From positions 1,357-65,356 of the forward strand of contig JBLNDI010000146.1 of the NCBI GenBank assembly GCA_050261495.1: a DNA stretch of 64,000 nt, read 5' to 3'. Positions 45,577 through 53,274 of the stretch are shown here, in pieces. How positions within the stretch are numbered: position 1 is the first letter of the stretch; each line of letters opens with the position of its first letter. The notes under the pieces are model-generated. The model was not told the origin of the DNA, ran no database searches, and saw only the letters and a program-made list of their open reading frames with translations. Both the position numbers and the translations under genes were made by a program. The stretch is from Bacillota bacterium (GTDB lineage: Bacteria > Bacillota > Clostridia > Acetivibrionales > DTU013).

Positions 45577-46728
45577 ATGGAAGCGAAATCAGGTATAGTA
45601 GTCAAAGTGACAGAGAGTTATATAGTATTAATAATGCCGGATGGTTCATTTAAGAATGTTAAACGCTCCAATAACCAGGTTCCGCTGATTGGAGAACGGT
45701 TTAAGTATAAGGAAAAACGGTATTCTGCTTTCCATAACCGATGGACAGCGGTTGCTGCCGCAGTCTGTATGCTTATTGCAGTTGTTTTCACATACTGGCT
45801 GTTAATTATGGGCAATTTTCAGCCTGCTTATCTTGTTGCTTTGGATATAAACCCGAGCGTTGTTATATATGCGGATAAAAACCTGGTAACTACAAGTGTG
45901 ACTGCTGTAAATGAAGATGCAATGAAATTAATTAATGGAGATATTTATAATGGGAAAAACCTTCTTGACACCATAGACTTAATAGTCGAGCAGAGTGTTG
46001 CCGAAGGGTATTTGAAGCAAAACCAGGAAGGCCTTATTAAGATAACCGTCATCCCGATGCAAAAAAATAACAATATAAATGGAGATAGCATAAGAACCTC
46101 CGTACAGGAGCTTCTAGTAAATGACAATATACAGGCAGATATCGAAATTGGTTTTGAAACCAGGGATATAATTGCAGAAGCACACAAATCAGGACTTTCT
46201 ATGAATAGATATATTTTATATAAGTCGCTGAGGGAAAAAGGTGTTTCAATAACGGTTGAGGAAGCAAAAAATTTACCTTTAAAAAAACTGCAAAATTATG
46301 AAGGTCAACAAAATAATAACAATAACAGACGGATTTTACCACCACCAAATGCCAATAATGCAGGAAATTCAGGTAAGCCGGGTAATAGCGGAGAGCCAAA
46401 AAGCAAACAGGAATATAAAGATAATAATGGACAAAAAGAGAATAAAAACAGTGAGAAGCCTGATAAAGAGAAGCCCGATAATAAAAGTAACTCTGAAACG
46501 CTCAAAGAAAGTGATAAAAAAAGCAAAACAAACAGCAGCGATAAGACAGGAAAAATCAATAAAGAGGAAACGAAGAAATCGGAAACTAATAGTTCTAAAC
46601 CTGGCCAGACGAATCAGAAAGTCAAAAGTATCGAAAATTCAAATAAAGACGGCAACCGACCAGCTTCAGGGAATAATGAACGGCAGCCATGGCATGGCCC
46701 TGGTACAACAAATACGAAAAAACATTAA
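45577..46728 (+). CDS. rsgI: Anti-sigma-I factor RsgI with a disordered extracytoplasmic tail
   Basis: RsgI_N domain (GIVVKVTESYIVLIMPDGSFKNV), one TM helix, and a juxtamembrane module with the DINPS motif. About 130 aa of Asn/Lys/Ser-rich low complexity follow. Confidence 0.85.
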   Translation: MEAKSGIVVKVTESYIVLIMPDGSFKNVKRSNNQVPLIGERFKYKEKRYSAFHNRWTAVAAAVCMLIAVVFTYWLLIMGNFQPAYLVALDINPSVVIYADKNLVTTSVTAVNEDAMKLINGDIYNGKNLLDTIDLIVEQSVAEGYLKQNQEGLIKITVIPMQKNNNINGDSIRTSVQELLVNDNIQADIEIGFETRDIIAEAHKSGLSMNRYILYKSLREKGVSITVEEAKNLPLKKLQNYEGQQNNNNNRRILPPPNANNAGNSGKPGNSGEPKSKQEYKDNNGQKENKNSEKPDKEKPDNKSNSETLKESDKKSKTNSSDKTGKINKEETKKSETNSSKPGQTNQKVKSIENSNKDGNRPASGNNERQPWHGPGTTNTKKH

Positions 46729-46842
46729 ATTCTATAAGTAGTTTAAGATATCTTGTATTTGCAGCAATTCGCTTTTATATGGTAAACTATAGTTGAATTA
46801 TTTCAATGTATAACAGATTTCGGCCCGAAGGGATGAAATTGC

Positions 46843-48681
46843 ATGAATATTGTAAAACAATACATCAGCCTGGCGAGTTGTTTCATTCTATTCATATTCT
46901 TTCTGTCATTATCCGCAATTACATATGCCAGGCACGCTGCTGGCAGCAATTTGCAAGAAGGTGAAACCGCGCAGTTTGCCGATGTCCCTGCCGACAGTTA
47001 TGCCGGAGATGCAATCCATGAACTCAGGAAAGCGGGCATAATCAACGGTATAGGGAACAACCGCTTCGGCTACGGCAAAACGCTGACCAGGGGTGAATTC
47101 ATTACTCTCCTTGTCAAGATGGCGGGCTGGGACATGGTATTGCCGGAAACGCCTTCTTTTGACGATAACAAAAATGCCAATAAGTTTTATTACGCGCCGG
47201 TTGAAACCGCGCTGGCGCATGGTGTCATATCAATAAACGACGGCAAGGTGATGCCGGAAGATCCCGTCACGGGCGAAGAAGCCATAATTATGCTGATAAA
47301 AAGCCTGGGATACGGCTACCTTGCTGAAAGGCTTGACTACCTGCAAAATCCGAATTTTGCCAATACAAACAAGCCCGGTTATTTTTCGATGGCTGAAGAC
47401 TTCGGATTGATAAGCGGCATATCTTCTTTCAAGCCTGAAGAATATATTTTAAGGGAACAGGCAGCCTTTATGCTGGCACAGGCACGCGATATCCTCAATA
47501 AGCCACTTAAGAGAATTAACGCATTCTATGCAATCAGGTCTTCCCCGCAGCAGGAAAAAATCCCAAGCTTATCATCCGTTTGCTTTGGCTGGAGCAGGCT
47601 TAGTTTTGATCCGTCATCCGGCGAAATAGTGCTTAATACATCCAGGAATGCTCTCGGGACCAATGAATACTACCTTCCCGAAGGTTTCACGAAACCCCTT
47701 AAATCTGCAAAGGATGCTGGTATTCCGGCCCTGCTCGGCGTATACGCCGCACAGGACTCCAAAATAAATGATCCATCGGACGGGCGCCAGGTGGGAATCC
47801 TTGAATACGTGCTTACAAACCCGGATGTTTATAGAAAAGTTATAAAAGATATTGCCAAATCGGTAAACAGCATTTCAAGGGGCGGAGAAACAGGCTCCTT
47901 CGACGGCGTGGCGATAGATTTTGAAGGTTTGAAAGGCCAAAAACTGAAAAACCATTTTAGTGAGTTTATAAAAGAGCTTGGAACAAAATTGAAAAAAGAC
48001 GGTAAGCTGCTGTATGTCGCCGTCCATCCCCTGATTCACCCCAGAAGAAGTCCGGAAAGCATGGACGGGTATGACTACAGGACGATAGGCCAGTATGCCG
48101 ACAAGGTCATTCTAATGGCGCATGATTATTACGCAAAAAGGCTGACGGCGCAAGAGATGGCAAGGGGCTACAATATAACGCCGTTAACGCCTATAGAGGA
48201 CGTTTATTACGCGCTTAAGGCCATAACAGACACCGGGACCGGCGTTTCCGACAGGAGCAAAATAATGCTCCAGGTATCATTCGACTGGATTGTCTGGCAG
48301 AGAAAAGACGGAAAAACGCTTAATGACAGCCCTAAAAGCTTTAACCTCGAAAACTTCATGGACCTGTTGAAAAACCAAGAGAATATAGAATTTCATTATG
48401 CCAGGGAATATGCAAATCCTTATATTAAATATACTGATACAAAAACGGGAAACGAAAATACAGTGTGGTATGAAAATACCTTAAGTGTAATGGAAAAGAT
48501 AAAGCTTGCAAGGTATTTCGGAGTACAGGGAATATCCTTGTGGAGATTGGGAACGATACCTGATTATCAGCCTGACGGCGATGTTAATAATTACGGTATG
48601 GATGTATGGCAGAACATTTTAAAGGAACTAGACAGGAATAAGGATGAAAATACCAGGCAAGGCAATACTGATACGCCTTAA
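46843..48681 (+). CDS. Secreted protein with three SLH domains and a glycoside-hydrolase-family-18-like domain
   Basis: Signal peptide and three SLH-like repeats (FADVPADSYAGDAIHEL..., FYYAPVETALAHGVI..., GYFSMAEDFGLISG...). The GH18 block is FDGVAIDFEGL. Confidence 0.75.
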   Translation: MNIVKQYISLASCFILFIFFLSLSAITYARHAAGSNLQEGETAQFADVPADSYAGDAIHELRKAGIINGIGNNRFGYGKTLTRGEFITLLVKMAGWDMVLPETPSFDDNKNANKFYYAPVETALAHGVISINDGKVMPEDPVTGEEAIIMLIKSLGYGYLAERLDYLQNPNFANTNKPGYFSMAEDFGLISGISSFKPEEYILREQAAFMLAQARDILNKPLKRINAFYAIRSSPQQEKIPSLSSVCFGWSRLSFDPSSGEIVLNTSRNALGTNEYYLPEGFTKPLKSAKDAGIPALLGVYAAQDSKINDPSDGRQVGILEYVLTNPDVYRKVIKDIAKSVNSISRGGETGSFDGVAIDFEGLKGQKLKNHFSEFIKELGTKLKKDGKLLYVAVHPLIHPRRSPESMDGYDYRTIGQYADKVILMAHDYYAKRLTAQEMARGYNITPLTPIEDVYYALKAITDTGTGVSDRSKIMLQVSFDWIVWQRKDGKTLNDSPKSFNLENFMDLLKNQENIEFHYAREYANPYIKYTDTKTGNENTVWYENTLSVMEKIKLARYFGVQGISLWRLGTIPDYQPDGDVNNYGMDVWQNILKELDRNKDENTRQGNTDTP

Positions 48682-50491
48682 TAGAAAACTGAGAAACAAG
48701 TATTATTGTTGGGGCATAGTGGCAATTGCAGCGGGCATTGCTTATTGTAACAGTTTCGTTGTTCCCTTCCACCTGGACGATTTCGGTTCCATATCGAATA
48801 ATTATGCCATTCACCGGCTTTTCAATTTTCCCGAACTTTGGAAATTTTACGCCAACAGGATAATCCTCTATATTACTTTATCGATAAATTACGCGATTCA
48901 TGGAACCGCAGTCGAGGGATATCACGCCGTCAACCTTTTTATTCACATAGTTAACGGCTGCCTGTTCTATACAATACTGAAAAAACTGCTTTCACTTCAG
49001 TATTTCAAGGGCAAGGATTTGTCAAGATACCGTTACGCCGTATCCCTTGCCGCTGCAATGCTTTTTGTCAGTCATCCAATTCAGGTTAACGCCGTTACGT
49101 ACATAGTACAAAGGACGGCGTCGCTGGCAGCCTGTTTTTATATGTCCGCCATTTTGTTTTATATAAATTACAGGATATTTGACAAGTGGCATTATCTTCT
49201 GTCGACTGTTTTATTTACCATCATGGCAATGTTTACAAAGGAAAACACGGCAACTATCCCGTTTATGCTGCTTTTCACCGAGCTCATGTTTTTCCTTGGC
49301 TATAAAAAGACCTCGCGGATAAAAATGGCTGGCGTTTTCATATTTCTTTTTGCGACTATCCCGATAATTCCCGCCACGAATATCTTCTTTAAAGGATACA
49401 ACATGAGTGATCCCAACCAGGCTTTCAAGGCCAGCACTTCCATGGACAGGTTTCAATACTTTTACACGCAGTTGAACGTGATACTTCACTATATACGGCT
49501 CCTGTTTATTCCTATAGGACAAAATTTCGATTACAGCGACGACTACCCCTTGTCTGTTGCAATATGGGAAAATTACTCATACGTATCGCTGGCCGTTTTG
49601 TTGGTGATAGTGTTTTTTGGCATCTATGCGCTGAAGAGAAACCGCCTTGTCTCCTATGGCATTGCATGGTTTTTTATCGCGCTTGCCGTGGAATCCAGCT
49701 TCATATCAATAAAGGACGTATATTTCGAACACCGTGTTTACCTGCCGTGTGCCGGTTTCATAATTTTTCTGGCAGGCATGTCCGCCTGGGTGAAAAAGGA
49801 TCCTGGCGCATTTATGACTGTCGAAAACCGCCTTGTTCACGTTCAAAAAGGCGCAAGCCTGCGCATGGCAAACCCTGCCGTGATTTTCGTTGCCTTATCG
49901 GCAGTGTTGTTCCCTGTCTATGCAGGACTGACGGTTTACAGGAATTATATTTATTCCGATACCATACGCCTTTGGAGCGATGTCACGGCAAAAGCTCCGG
50001 CCAGCGACAGGGCACATAGTTCATTGGCCACGGGATATCTTAACGCTTACGATGAAAAGGAAAAAAACACGGAATACCTTGATTTGGCCGAGATAGAGTT
50101 TAAAAAGGCCATATCGTTGAACAACGGAAACAGCACGGCTCATACCAATCTTTCAAAAGTGTACCTCCTGAAGGGAGACTACCAGAAATGCATCAAAGAG
50201 GCAAAACGCGCGCTTCAAATATCAAATTCGGAGTATGCGCAGTTTAACATGGGTTCCGCACTGAAAAACCTCGGCAGGACGGATGAGGCTCTTAAAGCTT
50301 TTCTTAAGGGTTATAGTTACAACAAGCACAGCAGCTTCATCCTGAAGGCGCTTGGAGACATTTATTATGAAACAGGAGATTATGCAAATGCCGCTAAATA
50401 TTACAAAGAATACCTGGAACATGTTAAAGTATCCCCGAATAGTGAAATCCGAAAGAGACTTGACGAAATAAAAGAGAGACCTGGCGGTTAA
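48644..50491 (+). CDS. Polytopic membrane protein with C-terminal TPR repeats (TMTC / PMT_2-like GT-C glycosyltransferase candidate)
   Basis: There are more than 10 predicted TM helices. FHLDDFGSISNN near the first loop resembles the DD/DE loop of GT-C mannosyltransferase-like proteins. The C-terminal ~170 aa contain TPR-like repeats. The start overlaps the upstream gene by 38 nt. Confidence 0.6.
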   Translation: MKIPGKAILIRLNRKLRNKYYCWGIVAIAAGIAYCNSFVVPFHLDDFGSISNNYAIHRLFNFPELWKFYANRIILYITLSINYAIHGTAVEGYHAVNLFIHIVNGCLFYTILKKLLSLQYFKGKDLSRYRYAVSLAAAMLFVSHPIQVNAVTYIVQRTASLAACFYMSAILFYINYRIFDKWHYLLSTVLFTIMAMFTKENTATIPFMLLFTELMFFLGYKKTSRIKMAGVFIFLFATIPIIPATNIFFKGYNMSDPNQAFKASTSMDRFQYFYTQLNVILHYIRLLFIPIGQNFDYSDDYPLSVAIWENYSYVSLAVLLVIVFFGIYALKRNRLVSYGIAWFFIALAVESSFISIKDVYFEHRVYLPCAGFIIFLAGMSAWVKKDPGAFMTVENRLVHVQKGASLRMANPAVIFVALSAVLFPVYAGLTVYRNYIYSDTIRLWSDVTAKAPASDRAHSSLATGYLNAYDEKEKNTEYLDLAEIEFKKAISLNNGNSTAHTNLSKVYLLKGDYQKCIKEAKRALQISNSEYAQFNMGSALKNLGRTDEALKAFLKGYSYNKHSSFILKALGDIYYETGDYANAAKYYKEYLEHVKVSPNSEIRKRLDEIKERPGG

Positions 50492-50525
50492 GTCAGTAAA
50501 ACATATAAAATAGCTAGAGACTTTC

Positions 50526-50564
50526 AAGGCATATAAGACATATAAGGTATATAAGGCATACAAG
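50526..50564. repeat. Tandem 9-bp repeat, four and a third units (AAGGCATAT AAGACATAT AAGGTATAT AAGGCATAC AAG)
   Basis: Read directly from the sequence, in the convergent intergenic region between the TPR-membrane gene and the yneA-like gene. Confidence 0.8.
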
Positions 50565-50639
50565 CAGCCAAGCCATGCAAAAACGGACAAGAGTATAAAG
50601 TAAATCCACGGTAACAACAGCAGTTGTGCAGCCTGGAGG

Positions 50640-50930
50640 TTAAGACATCTCGGGCAGTATCAGCACGTCGCCTTCATATATAATACCGTCCTTCAGGTTG
50701 TTTATCTCCTTGATCTTCCTGATATACCGGCGCACGTCGGTTCCCTTGCCGTATTCCCTCGAAATATCCCACAAGGTATCACCCTTCCTGACAATCACCG
50801 TTCTTGGGCATTCATCGACGCCCTCGCCCTTTGCCGCGCTTGATATGACAAGCAAGGAAGTTAATACGATGACAGTTATAATAAATATGCTAAAGCGTTT
50901 ACGGTTTTTCAACACATATTTCCTATTCAT
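50640..50930 (-). CDS. yneA: LysM-domain SOS cell-division inhibitor, YneA-like
   Basis: N-terminal TM helix plus a LysM domain (VIVRKGDTLWDISREY...INNLKDGIIYEGDVLILP). It is divergent from lexA with SOS boxes in its promoter, as in B. subtilis yneA-lexA. Confidence 0.75.
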   Translation of the reverse strand: MNRKYVLKNRKRFSIFIITVIVLTSLLVISSAAKGEGVDECPRTVIVRKGDTLWDISREYGKGTDVRRYIRKIKEINNLKDGIIYEGDVLILPEMS

Positions 50931-50957
50931 AACAACCCCCGGTTACAACAACACACG

Positions 50958-50969
50958 GAACATATGTTC
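50958..50969. promoter_or_regulatory. LexA (Cheo) box 1, GAACATATGTTC
   Basis: Perfect GAAC-N4-GTTC palindrome just downstream of the yneA -10 element. Confidence 0.8.
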
Positions 50970-50986
50970 TGCATCTATATTATAAT

Positions 50987-51000
50987 CGAACAGATGTTCA
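50987..51000. promoter_or_regulatory. LexA (Cheo) box 2, CGAACAGATGTTCA
   Basis: GAAC-N4-GTTC core. It lies in the spacer of the minus-strand yneA promoter (TTGACA at 51008-51003, TATAAT at 50984-50979). Confidence 0.8.
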
Positions 51001-51017
51001 CTTGTCAATATTATTTT

Positions 51018-51031
51018 CGAACATTTGTTTG
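51018..51031. promoter_or_regulatory. LexA (Cheo) box 3, CGAACATTTGTTTG (one mismatch)
   Basis: It overlaps the -35 element of the lexA promoter. Confidence 0.65.
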
Positions 51032-51057
51032 ACATACACAAAAAATTTTATTATAAT
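51029..51057 (+). promoter_or_regulatory. Sigma-A promoter of lexA
   Basis: TTGACA (51029-51034), a 17-nt spacer, then TATAAT (51052-51057). Confidence 0.7.
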
Positions 51058-51108
51058 GAAACAGTAGTAAATAATTAGAAATTCCGCTAATACGAAGGGG
51101 TGTAAAGG

Positions 51109-51759
51109 ATGAATAAGAAACTTACCGATAAGCAACAGCAGATCCTTGATTTCGTAAATAAGCAGGTCGAGGAAAAAGGTTATCCACCCTCGGTGCGTGA
51201 AATATGCAGCGCTGTTGGCTTTAAATCAACCTCTACCGTGCACGGATACCTGGAGAAGCTGAAAAATGAAGGACTTATACTGAAGGATCCCACAAAACCC
51301 CGGGCCCTGAGAGTGCTGAACGGCAATAAAAAGCCGCGGCAGAGCGGAAATATATACCCTAAGGATTATTATTCCGGAAAAGAACTGGTTGATATCCCTA
51401 TTGTCGGCAAAGTAACCGCCGGAGCTCCTATTCTCGCTGTTGAAAATATAGAGGATACGTTCCCTCTTCCCGTAGAATATGTCCAGAATTCCACGGCGTT
51501 CATGCTCAGGGTTAGAGGTGAAAGCATGGTTGAAGCCGGTATCCTGGACGGCGATCTTGTGCTGGTAAAACAGCAGCCCACCGTTTCAAACGGCGATATA
51601 GCGGTAGTTCTTATCGGCGATGAAGCCACAGTCAAAACATTCTACAAGGAAAAAGGATATGTGAGGCTTCAGCCTCAAAACCGCTACATGGACCCCATTA
51701 TTGTACGCGACAACCTGACGGTGCTGGGTAAGGTAATCGGTTTGTTCAGAAAGTTTTAA
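51109..51759 (+). CDS. lexA: LexA repressor
   Basis: LTDKQQQILDFV...GYPPSVREI HTH, the VAAG-type cleavage region (GKVTAGAPI), and the S24 peptidase residues in the GESM and KTF regions. Confidence 0.95.
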   Translation: MNKKLTDKQQQILDFVNKQVEEKGYPPSVREICSAVGFKSTSTVHGYLEKLKNEGLILKDPTKPRALRVLNGNKKPRQSGNIYPKDYYSGKELVDIPIVGKVTAGAPILAVENIEDTFPLPVEYVQNSTAFMLRVRGESMVEAGILDGDLVLVKQQPTVSNGDIAVVLIGDEATVKTFYKEKGYVRLQPQNRYMDPIIVRDNLTVLGKVIGLFRKF

Positions 51760-51831
51760 GCGTATCAGCGCATCAAAAATTTTATGAAAGCCCATCGTCA
51801 AAGCATAGAAGACATATCGCACGCATGTATA

Positions 51832-51857
51832 ATCAAAGGGCATTTATGCCCCTTGAT
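51832..51857. terminator. Hairpin between convergent lexA and hfq (possible bidirectional terminator)
   Basis: ATCAAAGGGCAT-tt-ATGCCCCTTGAT, a 12-bp stem with one mismatch. There are no clear U tracts. Confidence 0.4.
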
Positions 51858-51881
51858 TATAAAATAAGCAAATCGGAATGA

Positions 51882-52124
51882 TTATTCCTTGTTTGCATCG
51901 TTAAATATGAAATTTACCGCTTTCATCGGGCTGATGGTTGAAATGGCATGTTTATAAACCAGTTGCTGCTTGCCGTCCGTCTCAAGCACAACCGTAAAAT
52001 TATCAAAACCTTTGACCAATCCTTTCAGCTGGAAACCATTCGTAAGGTAAATGGTAACCGCCATGTGCTCTTTCCTCACCTGGTTTAAAAATACATCCTG
52101 CAGATTAATATTTGGCTTATTCAC
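51882..52124 (-). CDS. hfq: RNA chaperone Hfq
   Basis: [58 protein letters not shown] is canonical Hfq. The GTG start at 52124 lies 7 nt after AAGGAGG. The ORF track over-extends to 52217. Confidence 0.93.
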   Translation of the reverse strand: MNKPNINLQDVFLNQVRKEHMAVTIYLTNGFQLKGLVKGFDNFTVVLETDGKQQLVYKHAISTISPMKAVNFIFNDANKE

Positions 52125-52278
52125 CTGGTAATCCTCCTTAAAAATACTTCCTGCATGCGGGCAATATCGCAAAAGCAAGAACCATTGTAATGTAATATTT
52201 TGTTTTAATAAATTCATAACATATATATGCTGCGCTTAAAAAGGCAAATCATATCTTTATTGCCCCGGTTCAATTCTA

Positions 52279-53253
52279 CTAAATTATTCCATGTGTTGCA
52301 ATACACTCCTGAACAATTTTTTCCGCCAGCGCCCTGAAATCGCTATCCTCATCAACATCAATCCAGTTTATTTCCTTCATTCTCCGAAACCAGGTCATCT
52401 GGCGCTTCGCATAACGTCTTGTGTTTTGCTTCAGTAAATTTACGGTCTCCTCAAGCGTTCGTTCCCCTCTTATGTACCCAAGCACCTCCTTGTACCCTAT
52501 TCCCTGCATGGCCGTCGGGCCTTTATCATAGCCCATTTTCACCAGTCTTTCGACCTCTTCTGTCAGTCCTTTTTCAAGCATCATATCCACGCGTTTATTG
52601 ATTCGTTCATACAATTTCTGCCGTTCCCAGTTCAAGCCGAATAACAGGAACCTGTAAGGCGGCGGCTTGAGCCTGGACATCCTCGAATGCTCGGAAATAG
52701 GCTTGTTCGTGTATGTGTAAACCTCAATAGCGCGTATTATTCTTTTTAAATCGTTCTCATGTATCCTGGCGGCAGCTTCCGGATCGATTTCCTTAAGCTT
52801 TTCGTGCAGGAAACGGTTGCCTTTCTCCGCCGCCTCTTTTTTCAGTGTTTCCCTAAATCCTTCGTCACAAACTGTTTCGGCGAAATCTATGTTATATACG
52901 AGCGAATTGATATAAAGCCCCGTGCCTCCGACGACTATTGCGCGCTTTCCTTCTTCGTTTATTTTCTTTATGTATCCCAATGCCAGTTCACGGTATTTGG
53001 CCACGCTAAATTTCTCGTCAGGATACGCCTCGTCGATCATGTAATGCTTTATGCCCGACATTTCCTCCTTGTCCGGTTTTGCAGTCCCGATATCCATATA
53101 CTTGTAAACCTGCATGGAATCAGCGGAGACAATGCTTGCGTCAATCAACCGGGCAAGTTCTATGGACAGCCTTGTTTTTCCAGACGCCGTTGGACCTACG
53201 ATAACAATAATAGGCTCCATTTCAGGTAGCAGCGCTCCTTCCTCACTTACCAA
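52279..53253 (-). CDS. miaA: tRNA dimethylallyltransferase MiaA
   Basis: IVGPTASGKT P-loop, DSMQVYK and other typical MiaA motifs. The start may be the ATG at 53220. Confidence 0.93.
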   Translation of the reverse strand: MVSEEGALLPEMEPIIVIVGPTASGKTRLSIELARLIDASIVSADSMQVYKYMDIGTAKPDKEEMSGIKHYMIDEAYPDEKFSVAKYRELALGYIKKINEEGKRAIVVGGTGLYINSLVYNIDFAETVCDEGFRETLKKEAAEKGNRFLHEKLKEIDPEAAARIHENDLKRIIRAIEVYTYTNKPISEHSRMSRLKPPPYRFLLFGLNWERQKLYERINKRVDMMLEKGLTEEVERLVKMGYDKGPTAMQGIGYKEVLGYIRGERTLEETVNLLKQNTRRYAKRQMTWFRRMKEINWIDVDEDSDFRALAEKIVQECIATHGII

Positions 53254-53274
53254 TTATACCCAGTGTAAGGTCTT

